In this document: in pieces, positions 1 through 12,233 of the stretch
How the letters are laid out: each line of letters starts with the position of its first letter
How positions within the stretch are numbered: the stretch's first letter is position 1
Assembly: GCF_009914755.1 (NCBI RefSeq)
Contig: NC_060927.1
DNA length: 64,000 nt
DNA from: the human T2T-CHM13v2.0 reference genome, Homo sapiens
Reading direction: 5' to 3' (one strand)
Made by a program: the position numbers and the translations under genes
The notes under the pieces: model-generated
The model's input: the letters and a program-made list of their open reading frames with translations, nothing else
Told to the model about the DNA's origin: nothing
Database searches by the model: none

Positions 1-657
1 AAGCACAAATCCTCATGGTTGCAGAAAGGCAACCTAATTGCTCAATCCAGATCCTAGGATCTGCAGCCCTTGGGTCTAACGAACTGCCCCCTTTCTATCA
101 ACTGTTCCACCTTAGAGGACTCTCTCTATAGACTTTCTGTGGTAAGAGACATTAAACTGTACAGCCACCACATTTGCTGTTTGTTTTCCTACCTGCCATG
201 GAACATATGTGAAGATCTCAACCACCGACGTGTATGGAGATGTACCTACCCTAGAGAGCCTGCTAACATTGAAACCTACTGTTAAGAGCCACTGAAAGCC
301 ACCACCCTTCTCTACAAAGCAGTTGTGGGTATCCTTTCACACTCTCAATGAAGACTTCCATTTGAAAATCATCCATCACACTATAAATCAGTCTCTTCAA
401 CACGCCTCCTGTCCAGCCAGGAGAAGAGAGGAAAGCATTTAGGAGATGTTCCATTAAGCTGTTTGGTACAAAATGGATGAATTACTATTATTTTTTCTCT
501 CCAGCGTACCCAAGAGAGGCTGATTCTGACCCAAACCATTCACATGCACTATTTAAGAGAGACTTCATTTCACCTCCTGCTAGGTCAGGGAGGGGCACAC
601 ACCAGAGCCACACACATATTCACACATCCAGTTGGCTGTGCAGCATGAAGCACTGAC

Positions 658-763
658 CTGTTAGGCCGGCAGCCTCGGCAGACAGGAAGGCACTCCAAGA
701 AAGCAGGAAAAACAGGCCGGTTTCCAGCATCGGGAACTCACACAGCTTGGTAAATTTGGTCAA
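658..763 (-). CDS. SLC9A9: SLC9A9 (NHE9) internal coding exon, probably exon 8, 106 bp
   Basis: The minus strand translates to [35 protein letters not shown] plus G, matching recalled NHE9 transmembrane sequence. It is preceded by an AC acceptor (764-765) and followed by the U2 donor AG|GTCAGT (657-652). It continues in frame from the exon at 5155-5293. Exon number is from recall. Confidence 0.97.
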
Positions 764-776
764 GTGAGGAAGATAA

Positions 777-787
777 GTTAAGGGAAA
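777..787 (-). promoter_or_regulatory. U12 branch point sequence
   Basis: TTTCCCTTAAC (consensus TTCCTTAAC) about 14 nt upstream of the AC 3' splice site. Confidence 0.93.
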
Positions 788-1649
788 CAACAACAGCTTT
801 TACAGCTACATCTCCTTCTTGGCTGAGAATAAAAACTGATCTGGTGATGATAGCTCTAGAGCAAAGTAAAAGAACTGATATTCAGACCTGACTGGAAGGC
901 CATAATTCTCACTGGGACCTACTTTGAAGGCCAGCACGAGTTCCATGCTTCACCGGGGGCTGAACGTGCCTGTAAAAATTCAAACCTGTGTTCAGATTAA
1001 AAAGGTGTCTTCCTAAGACTATAAATTCAGCTCACTGTGGGCCTAGCCTCATCCCTTGGGATGCACCCCTCAGGAAAGGTGTAGCAGGCACGGAAAAACA
1101 AAGCCAAGGAGAGTGTAGGGGGATGAGATGCTGCAAGTATGTCAGTACCAAGGAGCGCTGCTCCCTCGGGAGTGCAGTCTGTGGGCAGACGACCTGGTAG
1201 AGTCTTCTCTCCTGGGGATGGAAGTAGGATCAGAAGAAGAAGTTACATTCAGTGACAGGGAAGCTGTCCATGCCCTCTTGGTATAAGTAGGATAAGGAGA
1301 AGGTATGTTATTTATAGGTTCCATTATTAATGAACCATTATTATTGGTTCATTTTGACAAGGATGACACTTGGTCAATGGTCTATAAATTGCAAATAGAA
1401 CAAAGGGATAGTAGTGATTCAAGTTGGGCAGAGAATGGATCATGCGGAGATGATTAGGAGTACGTGATCGATGGGAAAGGGTTAGGTTGCAATTGTGTCA
1501 ATATTAGGCACAAAATGCCCTGACAAATAAGGAGATGTGATCGTGTTGCATTTTTATACTGCTACAACAAAATCTAAAGAAAATTTCACACTAAGAGACA
1601 TTTAGCAGGGGAGCAGGGAGCAAAAGTGTGACCTCTGGAAAAGAACATT

Positions 1650-2062
1650 TTATTCTGATTCTTGACTCTGCCAGTGACTGGCTGTGTGATTTCTCAGCAG
1701 TATATTAACCTCTCTGAGCCTCATTTCTATTCTACATGAATTGACAATGAGAATAATACCTGATCCTACATGAAAGTAAAATGTGCTGAAGTATGGTAAA
1801 CATGTTTTGTAAAGTTTTAGAAAGCACAAAGGCAGAATAATATCATGGTGGGGAGTGTAGCATTTGGAAGCCAATTCTACCTGGATTAAAATTCACAGTA
1901 TTCACTTGGACACATCTCTTGACCACTGTGTGCCTGAGTTTTCCTGTCTGAAAATGAGAATAATAATACCACCTACCTCAGAGGTCTGTAAACTAGTTAA
2001 TATATGTTAAGTACTCAGAACAGTGCCTGGCATGTAACAAGTGATATGCAACTTGTCTACTG
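1650..2062 (+). mobile_element. Two adjacent MIR SINEs
   Basis: MIR core motifs 'aacctctctgagcctca', 'aaaatgagaataataatacc' and 'aacagtgcctggca'. Confidence 0.8.
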
Positions 2063-2704
2063 TGGTCTAAATTAATTTTTGGTTTTTTTTGGTAAAACAT
2101 CTTTTTGGGAAATAGAATCAGTAAGGATCTGGAAGCAATTCTTTATCTGCTGTAAAGAATGGGCTGCCCTGAGATCCTTTTACAATATTCCCTTTTGTTA
2201 CTTAGAGGGAAGTCTTTGTTTCTAGTGAGGTCTGTTCTCCTGAATTCCCTCTTCTAGTTTGTTTTAAAGAGAATGTTCAGGGCAGGTGAGTAACAAAACA
2301 GCAATCAGCTATCTAACATTCTTTTCTTTCAATCTCCTCCAGAAACTAGTTCAGCTCTGGGTCTGCAGAGCTCAGGGGCCTACAACCCGAGGAGACAGCC
2401 TCAGAATGAAATGGGTAGGTGGTTAGGAAGGTGAGGAGGACAACAGTAAGCATTTATCTCCTTCATAGCCTGTGTCTGTAGAGCCTGTTGAAGACCACCA
2501 AATACTGCACGATCAATGTCACCACTGTTACCGAGCCTGTTTCTTCCGTCTCTACACCCTTTCTTTCAGATCTGATGCAATCTTATGCCAGACTTCCAAT
2601 CTCCAGGAATTTTTTCTTCCCTTATCAACCTGTTCACATATGTTACACCTTCCCCTCACATCAGGTAGAGAAGAATTCTGATTTTAGTTTCTCCACTTAG
2701 CGTA

Positions 2705-3410
2705 GCCTCCAGAGCCCAAAAGCCTGGGTTTGAATCCTGGCCCTGAAATGTCCTAGTTGTTTGGCCTTAGCCAAGTTGTTTAACTTTAATTGTCTCAGTT
2801 TCCTTAGCTGTAAAATTGGGATAGTAACAGTATCTACCTTCCAGTGTTCTTGTAAAACTTATCTGATGATCCATGCAAAACACTTAGGGCAATGGCTGGC
2901 ACACAGTAACGTTTTCAATAAATGTTAGATGATGTGATTATTACCATGCTCACTATTACTGATATATGATCCTGAGTGAGCTACGTATCCTCCTTGAGCC
3001 TCAGTTTCCTCGGGTGTAAGGTGAGGAGGACAATAACTTGTTTTACAGGGTTGATTCAAATGAGGAGATGCATAGAAAGGCTCTGGCACATGCTAGACAC
3101 TCACAAAATGTTCCTATCCTTGTTGCTGTTACTCACTCTAAACAACACCTGGCCTCCACACAGCTCCAACTAAGAATTAAGAGGCAATAGGGAGCAGTGA
3201 AGAGAGCATGTTCGGCCTCTTGATTCTCACTCTCCGGGTTTACTTGCTGGCTGCATGACCTTGGGCAACAGCTTACCCTTTCTAAGCTTCACATCCAATA
3301 AAAATAGCATCTGGTGATAGGATCATTGTGAAGGTTAGATGAGACACTCATGGAAAACACGTCGTAGGCAGCCTGTCATAGCATAAGTACTGGGTAGGTC
3401 ATTTTTTCTT
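2705..3410 (+). mobile_element. Three tandem MIR SINEs
   Basis: Cores at ~2705-2945, ~2950-3130 and ~3180-3410 ('tgaatcctgg', 'ctcagtttcc', 'gaccttgggcaa'). Confidence 0.8.
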
Positions 3411-3419
3411 GTTGGAAAC

Positions 3420-4280
3420 CAGCACTACCTCTTCTGACTGACTTTATTTCTGTCAATGGAGATGCCATTTTACAAGGTTCTCAGGATGAAACTTTGGAGT
3501 AGCCTTTGACTGTCTCCTTTTCTTTATCTCCAATAGCCAGCCAATCACTAAGTCTTAGAGATTTTTCCTTTTAAATATCAGTCCCCTTCCTGATGCTTCC
3601 CCCGCAGTTCATCATCACAGTTTCCCTTGATTCTAGTCTCCTTCCTCTGATTCATCCTTTGTTCCAGTTCCTCATCTATATTTTAAAAACAGGACTGTCA
3701 GTGTGTCACTCTCCTGAGCAGAAACCTTTGGCAGCTAATTGTGGACTAGAGAAAGAGGCTCAGACTCTTTGAAATACCACTTCAAGATATTCCACAAGCT
3801 GACTCCATCCCTCCTGAGTCCCCTCATCCTCCATTTCTCACTAGCTGGAGCCCTCTGGTCCTCCCAGGCATGTCTTCCAGATGCCACATTGGTCCCACTG
3901 CCATACCTTAGTGAATGCTAGTCTTCGCCTCCTGAATCACCGACTGCTCAGCCTTTGCCCCTATTCTATCTTCCAGGCCATGCCCAAAACCCACTCTGCT
4001 TATAAATACTGCTTTTCAAATTATTTTCCAGAATCATAAAGTTGGCCAAGGGTATTATACTATTCCAGACACAACAGCCTTGTCCCAGTTTGAGTGTTTA
4101 CAGTGTGATAACTTCGATGCGGCTCTGGCACTCACTTTCTATCCCAGTCTTAATGTAGAGCTCATCTTTCTAAGCCTGTCACTCACTGAGGGCAGGGTCC
4201 TTGTTTTACACATCTCCTGACTCTTCTTAGATACCCCCAGTAGAATGAAGCATTTTAGCAGCTGCTCAGTGAATGTCTGG
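3420..4280 (+). mobile_element. L2 LINE fragments
   Basis: Contains 'ctttgactgtctcc...ccaatcactaagtc' and a 3'-end-like 'tgagggcaggg...gctcagtgaatgt'. Confidence 0.55.
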
Positions 4281-5145
4281 GCAAGACCCCATAGAAAAAG
4301 GCCCCCAATATTTTGCCTTCTCTTTGCCTGGGGCCTTCACCCCTCTGGCACACTTCTTCCTTCTCCTTCCCCTGAGGTCTTTGGCCCTAGATCTTCTGTT
4401 CTACCTCTCTTCTGTGGCTCCACCTAACCCTTATACTTGACATTGGCCTTCTGGCCTTCCTCCTCTACTCCAGCTTACTTTTGCCCTATCTGAATGTTCT
4501 AAGTGAGCAGCCCACCAGACCAGCTTCTTTCTTTGGCTCAGATTCTCTAGAAACTCCATCTATCATCCCAACTTCCTAACAACAACAAAAAGGAATCAAA
4601 TGACATGATTGCTCAGGTATGGCACACATATCATTTCAGCATTGCTTGCAGGTTCCCTTCTATAAAGTAGCTGTGGATGCTTGTTTAGACCCACAGTGAC
4701 CTCTGGCTTGAGCTACCCTGTAAGCTAGTGATTGAATAAGCCTGAAAAAGAGGCAGATCATACCCAATTTATCACCCTTAATCAATTGTCTTATTCTTGA
4801 CCCTGGATCTTCAGTTCTTCCTCTTGACCCTAGTAAGGCCAATCCTGATGGTTCCCGTTCACTAGTTTTCCTAGGTGATATTTATTTAAGGCTGTTGATG
4901 TCCTAGGATCAGATAGTGTCAATAGCATTAGAACTGACCTTGGGCAAGAAGAGAGCTTGGGCCCCTCTGCCACTGGTACCAACCTATGCCTCCAGGGGTG
5001 ACTGAGAACCAAGATGGCACCAGTGGTGCCGTATGAAACTTGGACCAGACTATCTAGCCTTTTATGGGCCTGGAGGTTGTCCATCATCAGAAATATTCCA
5101 TGGATACTGACTGTTCTTGACAGTCCCAGCTTTCCACATACAGAC

Positions 5146-5154
5146 AAAGGATAT
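5146..5154 (-). promoter_or_regulatory. U12 5' splice site ATATCCTTT
   Basis: Exact match to the U12 donor consensus RTATCCTTT, directly after the last exon codon CTG. Confidence 0.96.
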
Positions 5155-5293
5155 CAGTGCTGTGATGATGGCATACGCAGACCCCATTGCAAATGAGCCA
5201 GCGAAGATTCCCAGGAAATTCCCCACAGACTGGAAGAATGCTGCGGCATCAAATGCATTTGGATTCTCCTTGGGACTGTAAATGGATATAGAA
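5155..5293 (-). CDS. SLC9A9: SLC9A9 (NHE9) internal coding exon, probably exon 7, 139 bp
   Basis: The minus strand reads 1 nt plus [46 protein letters not shown]. The acceptor is ccctcttctcttttcAG (5294-5310), phase 2. The exon ends at the ATATCCTTT U12 donor. Confidence 0.97.
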
Positions 5294-5326
5294 CTGAAAA
5301 GAGAAGAGGGTGGAGGTTAGTTAGTG
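5294..5326 (-). promoter_or_regulatory. U2 3' splice site with tandem branch points
   Basis: The minus strand reads CACTAACTAAC (two yUnAy motifs), a polypyrimidine tract, then CAG. Confidence 0.85.
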
Positions 5327-7074
5327 ACTTTCATCTCATAGCCCAGATAGGATTTCGCACCCACTTTGGGGAGAGGTATCTTTCCCTGTAATGTTGGGTG
5401 CTGGTTGGAAGAGTTAGGGGAAAACAGATACAGAAGGGGAGAGTTGGAGAATGCAGAAATCTTTCTGCTTCCTTATAGCCCCATCCCATGGGATCTATAT
5501 ATTGCTGCCAGTCAGTAAACATTTTTATATTGGAAGGGTCATAAAGAATATTGTTTCTGAGCAAACTAGGCATTAAAACATGGTAGGTGTATAAGGAATC
5601 TGCTGAGAAGATAGATAACTGTGAATTATTTAGTGGCCATATGTCTTCAGTGCTGTTATATATTCACAGATGTTCCTGATAAAAAGTGCACTTTTATGGC
5701 CTGTGCACAAATGGGTGATACAAATCACCGTGTGCACAAAATATTCTGCCATGATCTTGTCATAAACCACAAAGCATTCCTCCTCTCCAGTGTAACCCTT
5801 CAGAAACAGAGCACTGATGGTGCTCAGAACATCACAGTACTAACCCCCATGGAGAGACAAAACCCTCATTTTCCCACCAAAACAAATGGCAACAGCTGCC
5901 CAAGGTCATCTTTTATACCCCAATTCTGGCGGCTGCCAACAGATTTATTTCCATAGAGAAAAATCAATCCACCAATAGGCAGTCTGTTCACTTAAATATT
6001 ATTGAGGATGTCATATAAGCTATTTTTTTTAAAACCAGGGCCTCAGATCCCAGAGTGTGAATATGAAGGATAAGGCATGTCCTATTTTAGGAAATATGAA
6101 CTCCATATTGAGCATTAAAATGAACATATGTGCTAGATCCACTAGCTTTAGGGAGACTAATGAAATGACATTTCAGATTTTTTTTTGCAGTTTTTTATTT
6201 TAATACAGGATTTTAAAAACTAATCAGGAAAAATCAAGAGTTTAGCAGTGGGTTTTGGAAGAAACTCCAAAAGTAGCAGTGTGGAGAGCAAAAGTACACT
6301 AGACACATTGACTGAGATTAGATTGGATTTTACAGAGATGTAACTGAATCTTTTATCTTGCCAATGATTAGAGCATGTTAGCTCTCTGACCTGACTTTTG
6401 GTATCCAGAGATGACTTAAGAGAGAGCAAGGGGAACCAACTCCAATGCTTCTACAGGAAGATGTGTGGCATCAAAAAAGGTAGTTTTAAATGGTCTTAGT
6501 TTTTTCCTGGATGTCTTTAAACCCCCAAAGTAGGCCAAACACTTCTGCTTTGATCCTGTAATTGGATAAGGAAGATGAATGTGGATCTTGAATGAAGCCT
6601 TGAAATGTATGCGAGAAAAGGACTGCCTTTGAAGTGTTTTTCTTTTTTGTAAAGTGTTGTGCTTTGCAGGAAAAAAGGAAAAGTAAACCCACATCTGGGT
6701 CCTTTGTATCTGCAAGTCCTGGGAAAAGGTATAAAACTCCACTGGTTGTTAGGAAACCTGGTGCCCAAGGCTGTGATGCTTGATGTGTTTGAGTTGACAT
6801 TCTCCAGCATGTTTCTTCCTTCCAGTGAAGAAACAAGAGTGATGAGAAAGCATTCCATTTGCATTCTGCCCTTCAGACAAAGGTTTTTGCACAGTAGCAC
6901 AGCTTTAGAAGTAATTCTATTAACCTGTGGTTGCCACTAGTAGATCTGACCCATAGAACAAGCACGGCTTTATCCTTCTCTCCACCTCCATAACTTCCAG
7001 AAGTGTTTCCCTGGCCTGGTGCTTCTGGAATTCTGAGCGCTCCCATCACATCATTTGGCCATACCCTGTACCAT

Positions 7075-7285
7075 TATTTATGTACGTTTTTCTTTAAATC
7101 ATTTTTATTCAAATTCAGGAGATTTTATTAAAGAATATCTATGAAATCATAAGTTCGATGTGCTAATTATATTTCTTTTTAATATATGTAAAAATAGGTA
7201 ATTTAGAAAAAGAAAGTTCACCTGTATGTCACCTAAAATCATCTGGGTGTGCCCACTGATCTGTAGTCTGCACTTTGGGAAATGT
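7075..7285. mobile_element. hAT-Charlie relic (MER113-like)
   Basis: End motif 'cacctaaaatcatct...cactttgggaaa'. Confidence 0.45.
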
Positions 7286-7534
7286 TCTCTTCCTTCCCAC
7301 TCAACAGGGTATGATCACTTTGTTCGCCAAACTTTGTACCCTTCCTGTGATATTTGACTTAACTGAAGGGAAAGGCTTAATTATCCTTGACCTATGGAGA
7401 TTGTCCATTGAATTTGCTGGCCCTAAAGCTCCACAGACATATGCACTAGGTGCCTGCCATGTGACAAGTGACATATTTAATAGGTATAGGAAGTGGGAGG
7501 CAGGCAGGGAAGAGCATAGAGAAGGGAAGCAGGA

Positions 7535-7920
7535 TTTGATCCAATAAACATCTTATCAAACACCTGATATATGCAAAGCATAACTCGGCAGGGAAGCCTA
7601 AAATGTAAATGACAAATAGCTGTAGTCCCAGTGTTAAGTGTGATTTTGTGAGAAATACACAACATTTAACGGTACAAAGGGGAAAAGGGGTACTATTTTA
7701 GAATAAAGGAGGTGGCATTTGAGCAAGGTAGCATGTCATCAGACAGAGATGGGGAGAGAGTATTCCAGGCAGTGGAAAGAGTGTAAAGAAAGGCAAGGAG
7801 GCAGGTGAGTTCAGGGCAATTGCAAGACATGGCTGCACCTATGTGGGCACGTGTGGTGGGGTAAAGATGGGTGAGGCAGCATTACTCAGAACCTTAAGTT
7901 CCATGGTGAGAATATACTAA
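7535..7920 (-). mobile_element. L2 fragment
   Basis: Contains 'ggcatttgagc' and 'gtattccaggcagtggaaa'. Confidence 0.55.
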
Positions 7921-8029
7921 ATACCTCACATTTACATAATATTTAGCCCTCTTGTGCCTACAGTATAGCTTTATTTGATCCTATAATAGCTCTGTGAAGT
8001 AAGCAAGGCATGTTTTGTTCTCTCTCCTT

Positions 8030-8135
8030 ATCCCTTTCTCTCTCCTTCCTTCCTTCCTTCTTTCCTACCTTCCCTCCCTCCCTTCCTTCCTTCTTTCCCT
8101 CCTTTTGTCTTTCCTTCCTTTCTCTTTCTTTCTTT
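8030..8135. repeat. (TTCC)n / pyrimidine-rich simple repeat
   Basis: Seen directly; flanked by antisense MIR-like pieces. Confidence 0.9.
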
Positions 8136-8759
8136 GCATAAAAGACATAAACTAAAAATCAGAGAAACTAAGATCACACAGCTACTAAGTTCACAATGTA
8201 GATTTCTTGTTTCTCCCTTTAAAAAGGCGATCATGTTGTGGGGAAACATAAACCCACATCAGGATAGTTGAGTGACAGTGTGATGCTAACTATAAGGACA
8301 ACAGGAGTTCAGGTACTAGAACATTTATTTTCATGCCCGGGATGGAACATGGGCAGCACCTTCCTGTATACAAGCATAAGAGCGGAGTATGTTGACTAGG
8401 GCAACAGCACCGTCTCTCCTGGCCCACCAGCAGGTGAGACTCAGAACTTCTCAGGAAATCCTGCTTTCCTGCCTGGCTTTTCTGAGGCTGGACTCGGTCT
8501 TGCTTCTCTTTGGATGCCCAGGACACAGCCTGTTGTTTGGCACATGGCAGGGTATAAAAAGGCTGACGGAATGAAGGTGCGGGACAACTGGAAAGGAGAA
8601 AGGAATAAAGAAAGAAAAGCATGAAGGAAGGAGGCTTGCAAAAGCTCGTTATCTCTTGAAGCAAATCACCACCCACAAGATTTTTTAGCAGACATTGACT
8701 ATGCACAGTCATATTGTGGGTACTTTTATGGGTATCAATCTAATCTTGAAACTGACACC

Positions 8760-9015
8760 TGTGCCTCTTAATTTGAGCCCAAGATCTGATACTTATTGGC
8801 TATATGGCCTTGGGCAAGTTACTGCATATTCAGAATCATTTACCTCATCTGTAAAATGGAGATAATAATAGTATTTATCCCCTAGAAATGTTGTGAGGAT
8901 ATGAGATACATTTAAAACTCTTAGATATATCTTGTGGATTAAGTCGTTCCTTGAGTACTTATATGTACACTCAAATACTCAGTGAATGTTATTTATCCTC
9001 ACCGTCATCATCATC
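8760..9015 (+). mobile_element. MIR
   Basis: Contains 'ccttgggcaagttac' and 'cctcatctgtaaaatggagataataatag'. Confidence 0.8.
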
Positions 9016-9380
9016 ATTCTGCTGAGAACTTCCACAAGTCTCACAATAACAACAGGGTGGTCAGTTACCACTGTGGGCAAATGGGGTGTGACTGCCCTCA
9101 GGGCACACCAAGCTCTGAGGTTGCTGGGGCTGAACTAGTCACTTTTGCATAAGAACAACAGGGTGTCCAGGAAGGAAAGTACCAGGCAGGTACCGCAGAG
9201 AAATGGCCATAGGAGTGGGGCTAAAATGTTCTCATGTATTTCATGCAGCTCTTGGCTCAGTGGATCAAGGAGGGAAGGAGTGCCCTCAGCTGTGTGGGCA
9301 GGGGTCTGCTCCATGGACAAGAATAGGTCAGGAGACTCAGCTTGAGTTGCATCTCTTCAAGTTTAGTGGAGGATGTTCTA

Positions 9381-9797
<417 letters not shown>

Positions 9798-10069
9798 TCA
9801 TTCTGTTCAACAATAGATTATTCAGCAAAATTAGTTTGATGACAGTGTATTGGACCTATACTCAAAAATAAATGTGTGCAGCATCTTTTATTCAAAAATT
9901 TTGAAATGTATGAAGTATCCTAAATTCTTTGATGAAAGCAACATGAATAAGGATCATTTTGCTTACTGTATCATTTCACTTTCACAGACATTATTGAGAC
10001 TTCAGTGTTTCTCTACAACTCATCTTTTCTTCTATATGATGCTCCTGCAAGGAATGGGTCTGATAGCTT

Positions 10070-10325
10070 AGGCAGTGTTAAGAGCATAGAATCTGAATCT
10101 GAGTTCTGGGTGTAAGTCTCAGCTTACTGCCACTTACTGCCTATGTGAACTTGAGCAAGTTATTGAAACCACTTTTATCTCAGTTTCTATAAAATGATGA
10201 TGACAATAATAGTACCAACCACACTGGGTTGCTATGAGAATTAAATGGATTAATGTTTATAAAGCATTTGAAATGGTGTGTCTCACCCAGTAAGAACTAG
10301 ATAAGCATTTCTTAAATAAATCACC
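10070..10325 (+). mobile_element. MIR
   Basis: Contains 'gccacttactgcctatgtgaacttgagcaagtta' and 'ctcagtttct'. Confidence 0.8.
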
Positions 10326-11793
10326 TCTCTCTCTGAGTGCTTCATTTAGTTCTAAAAGAAGCATTTCAAACAAATGTTCAATCAAAACTTCTATCCAAAC
10401 AGAACTAAGATTTTACCACCTGTCTCTCCCACTCTGACTGTCCCAGGCCTACCATCTTTGGGTGGCAGGGATCATCTGATCATATGAATTTGTTTTGTGC
10501 AGAATGGTGTGTGGCACATAGTAAAGTGCTCAATAAATGCTAGTAATGAAGAAGAAGGAGGAGGGGGAGAAGAAGGAAGAAAAAGAGGAGGAAGAAGAGA
10601 TGTTGTGAGTGAAATGCTGCTGATAGTGAACATAAAATAATAGGTATGAAAAATATTATATAGATGGCACCACAACAATGCCCTCCCCTCTGTGGCTCTG
10701 GCTGCCCTTCCACTGTGGCCTTACGGAGTCATCTCTCTCCTGATCACGACACTCTTCCTCAAGGTCTCCTAGTTTCCAACACCACCTTCCCCTGTTATTC
10801 TTTACTGGGGCTGCTGAGACACTTTGCCGCACAGTTACCCACAGAAACTACCCAGCCACCTCAAGCTCCTGGCGGCCCTGGTTCCACAGGATGCTCTCCC
10901 TGACCGGTCCTCTCAAATCCCACAGCCTACTCACCCTCCTGGGTGCCCATGCCAATTAGAACAGCCCGCTTCTCCAGCCTCAGTCCAGCCTCACTCCCTT
11001 TGTTAACATGAAATCAATGTCGCTTGAAAGCTTATGAAAAGAACATATGAAGTGAACATATTGTATCTCTTGCAGGATTTCTATTAATTTAGTCATTACA
11101 GAAAAAATGAGAAAATGATTACTGTAGCCAAAGATATACAAAAGAACCTTCCATTTTCTCTGCCAAATATGTAATCCCTAACAAAAAAATTATTGGCACC
11201 AGTTCATTGAAAAGTTCTTGATTAGTTGGAACATACATAAATATGAAATGGATCTTTTTTCCAATCACTGCTTCCAGCTGTACTATATCAAATCCCCCTT
11301 TGTGCTGGGTAAGTAGTTCCATTAATGATATCTTGGTCAAATCCCATTACTGAGTTCCTTTCAGTTATTAAAACTTAGCGCAGCCCAACTTAAAACCTAA
11401 ATCTTCAAAGGTGGATTCCTGTTGTCCCTGTAGAATATTCTAGAGCAGCAGCAGGATGACTGGAAAGGAGGGAAGGCAGCATGCTCCTCCTCCTCACACC
11501 TGGTGCCAGTGTCTGCTGGTGATGGAAGCCTGGAGGAGGGCTGGGGAGCCCAGCTCTCCTCTTTATGGGCGTAACTGCTTGTCAGCGGTGTGTAGGGTCC
11601 CGGCCTGGTCTCAGTCTTTTTGCTGCTTTGTCCCTGTCTTAGAGACCTCTGTTGGCATGATGGCACCTCCATTTTGCTGAGAATCCCTTCACAGCTGCCA
11701 CAAGATCTTCCAGGTCTATACACTTCCAGCCTATTTCCTTGGGTTGGGTCAGTAGCCACTTGGGCAGCTCAGTGCCTGTCACCCCTCAGGAGG

Positions 11794-12233
11794 TGAAAGG
11801 AAATTCCTTGTGGACAAAGGACAGACAGAACTCAAAGTCATCCCTCTGAGCCTCACCTGAGACAAATGCATATCTGATTGTTTCTGCCCTATAGTTTATG
11901 TAAAAATACAGATTTCACTGAGCCAGACTAAATTGTATATTCAGTGGAAGGCTGATCAAGGACTCAAAAGAATGCAACCTTTTGTCTCTTACCTACCTCT
12001 AACTTGGAAGCCCCACTTCCAGCTCTCCCTCTTTACAGGACTGAACCAATGTACATCTTACACATACTATACACTCATGTCTCCCTAAAATGTGTAAGAG
12101 CAAGCTATACCCTGACCACTGTGGGCACATGTCATTAGGACTTCCTGAGATTGTGTCACGGTTGTGTCCTTAACCTGGTCAAAGTAGACTTTCTAAATTG
12201 ACTGAGACCTGTCACAGATATTTTGGGCTAACA
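11794..12233 (+). mobile_element. MER4-group LTR (ERV1)
   Basis: Contains 'caaagtcatccctctg...gcatatctgattg', 'aaccaatgtacatcttacac' and 'gggcacatgtc', and ends in 'ctaaca'. Confidence 0.82.

Larger units (their letters stand above)
764..5154 (-). other. SLC9A9: U12-type (minor spliceosome) AT-AC intron of SLC9A9, 4391 bp, phase 0
   Basis: 5' splice site ATATCCTTT (5154-5146), branch site TTTCCCTTAAC (787-777), then 13 nt ending in the terminal AC (765-764). The flanking exons join in frame (...ITAL|LTKF...). Confidence 0.96.

Noticed and set aside
1329-1353. 9-bp hairpin AATGAACCA-loop-TGGTTCATT (a similar 10-bp stem is near 57795-57820)
   Set aside because: Short AT-rich stems of this size are expected by chance and are too short for a pre-miRNA.
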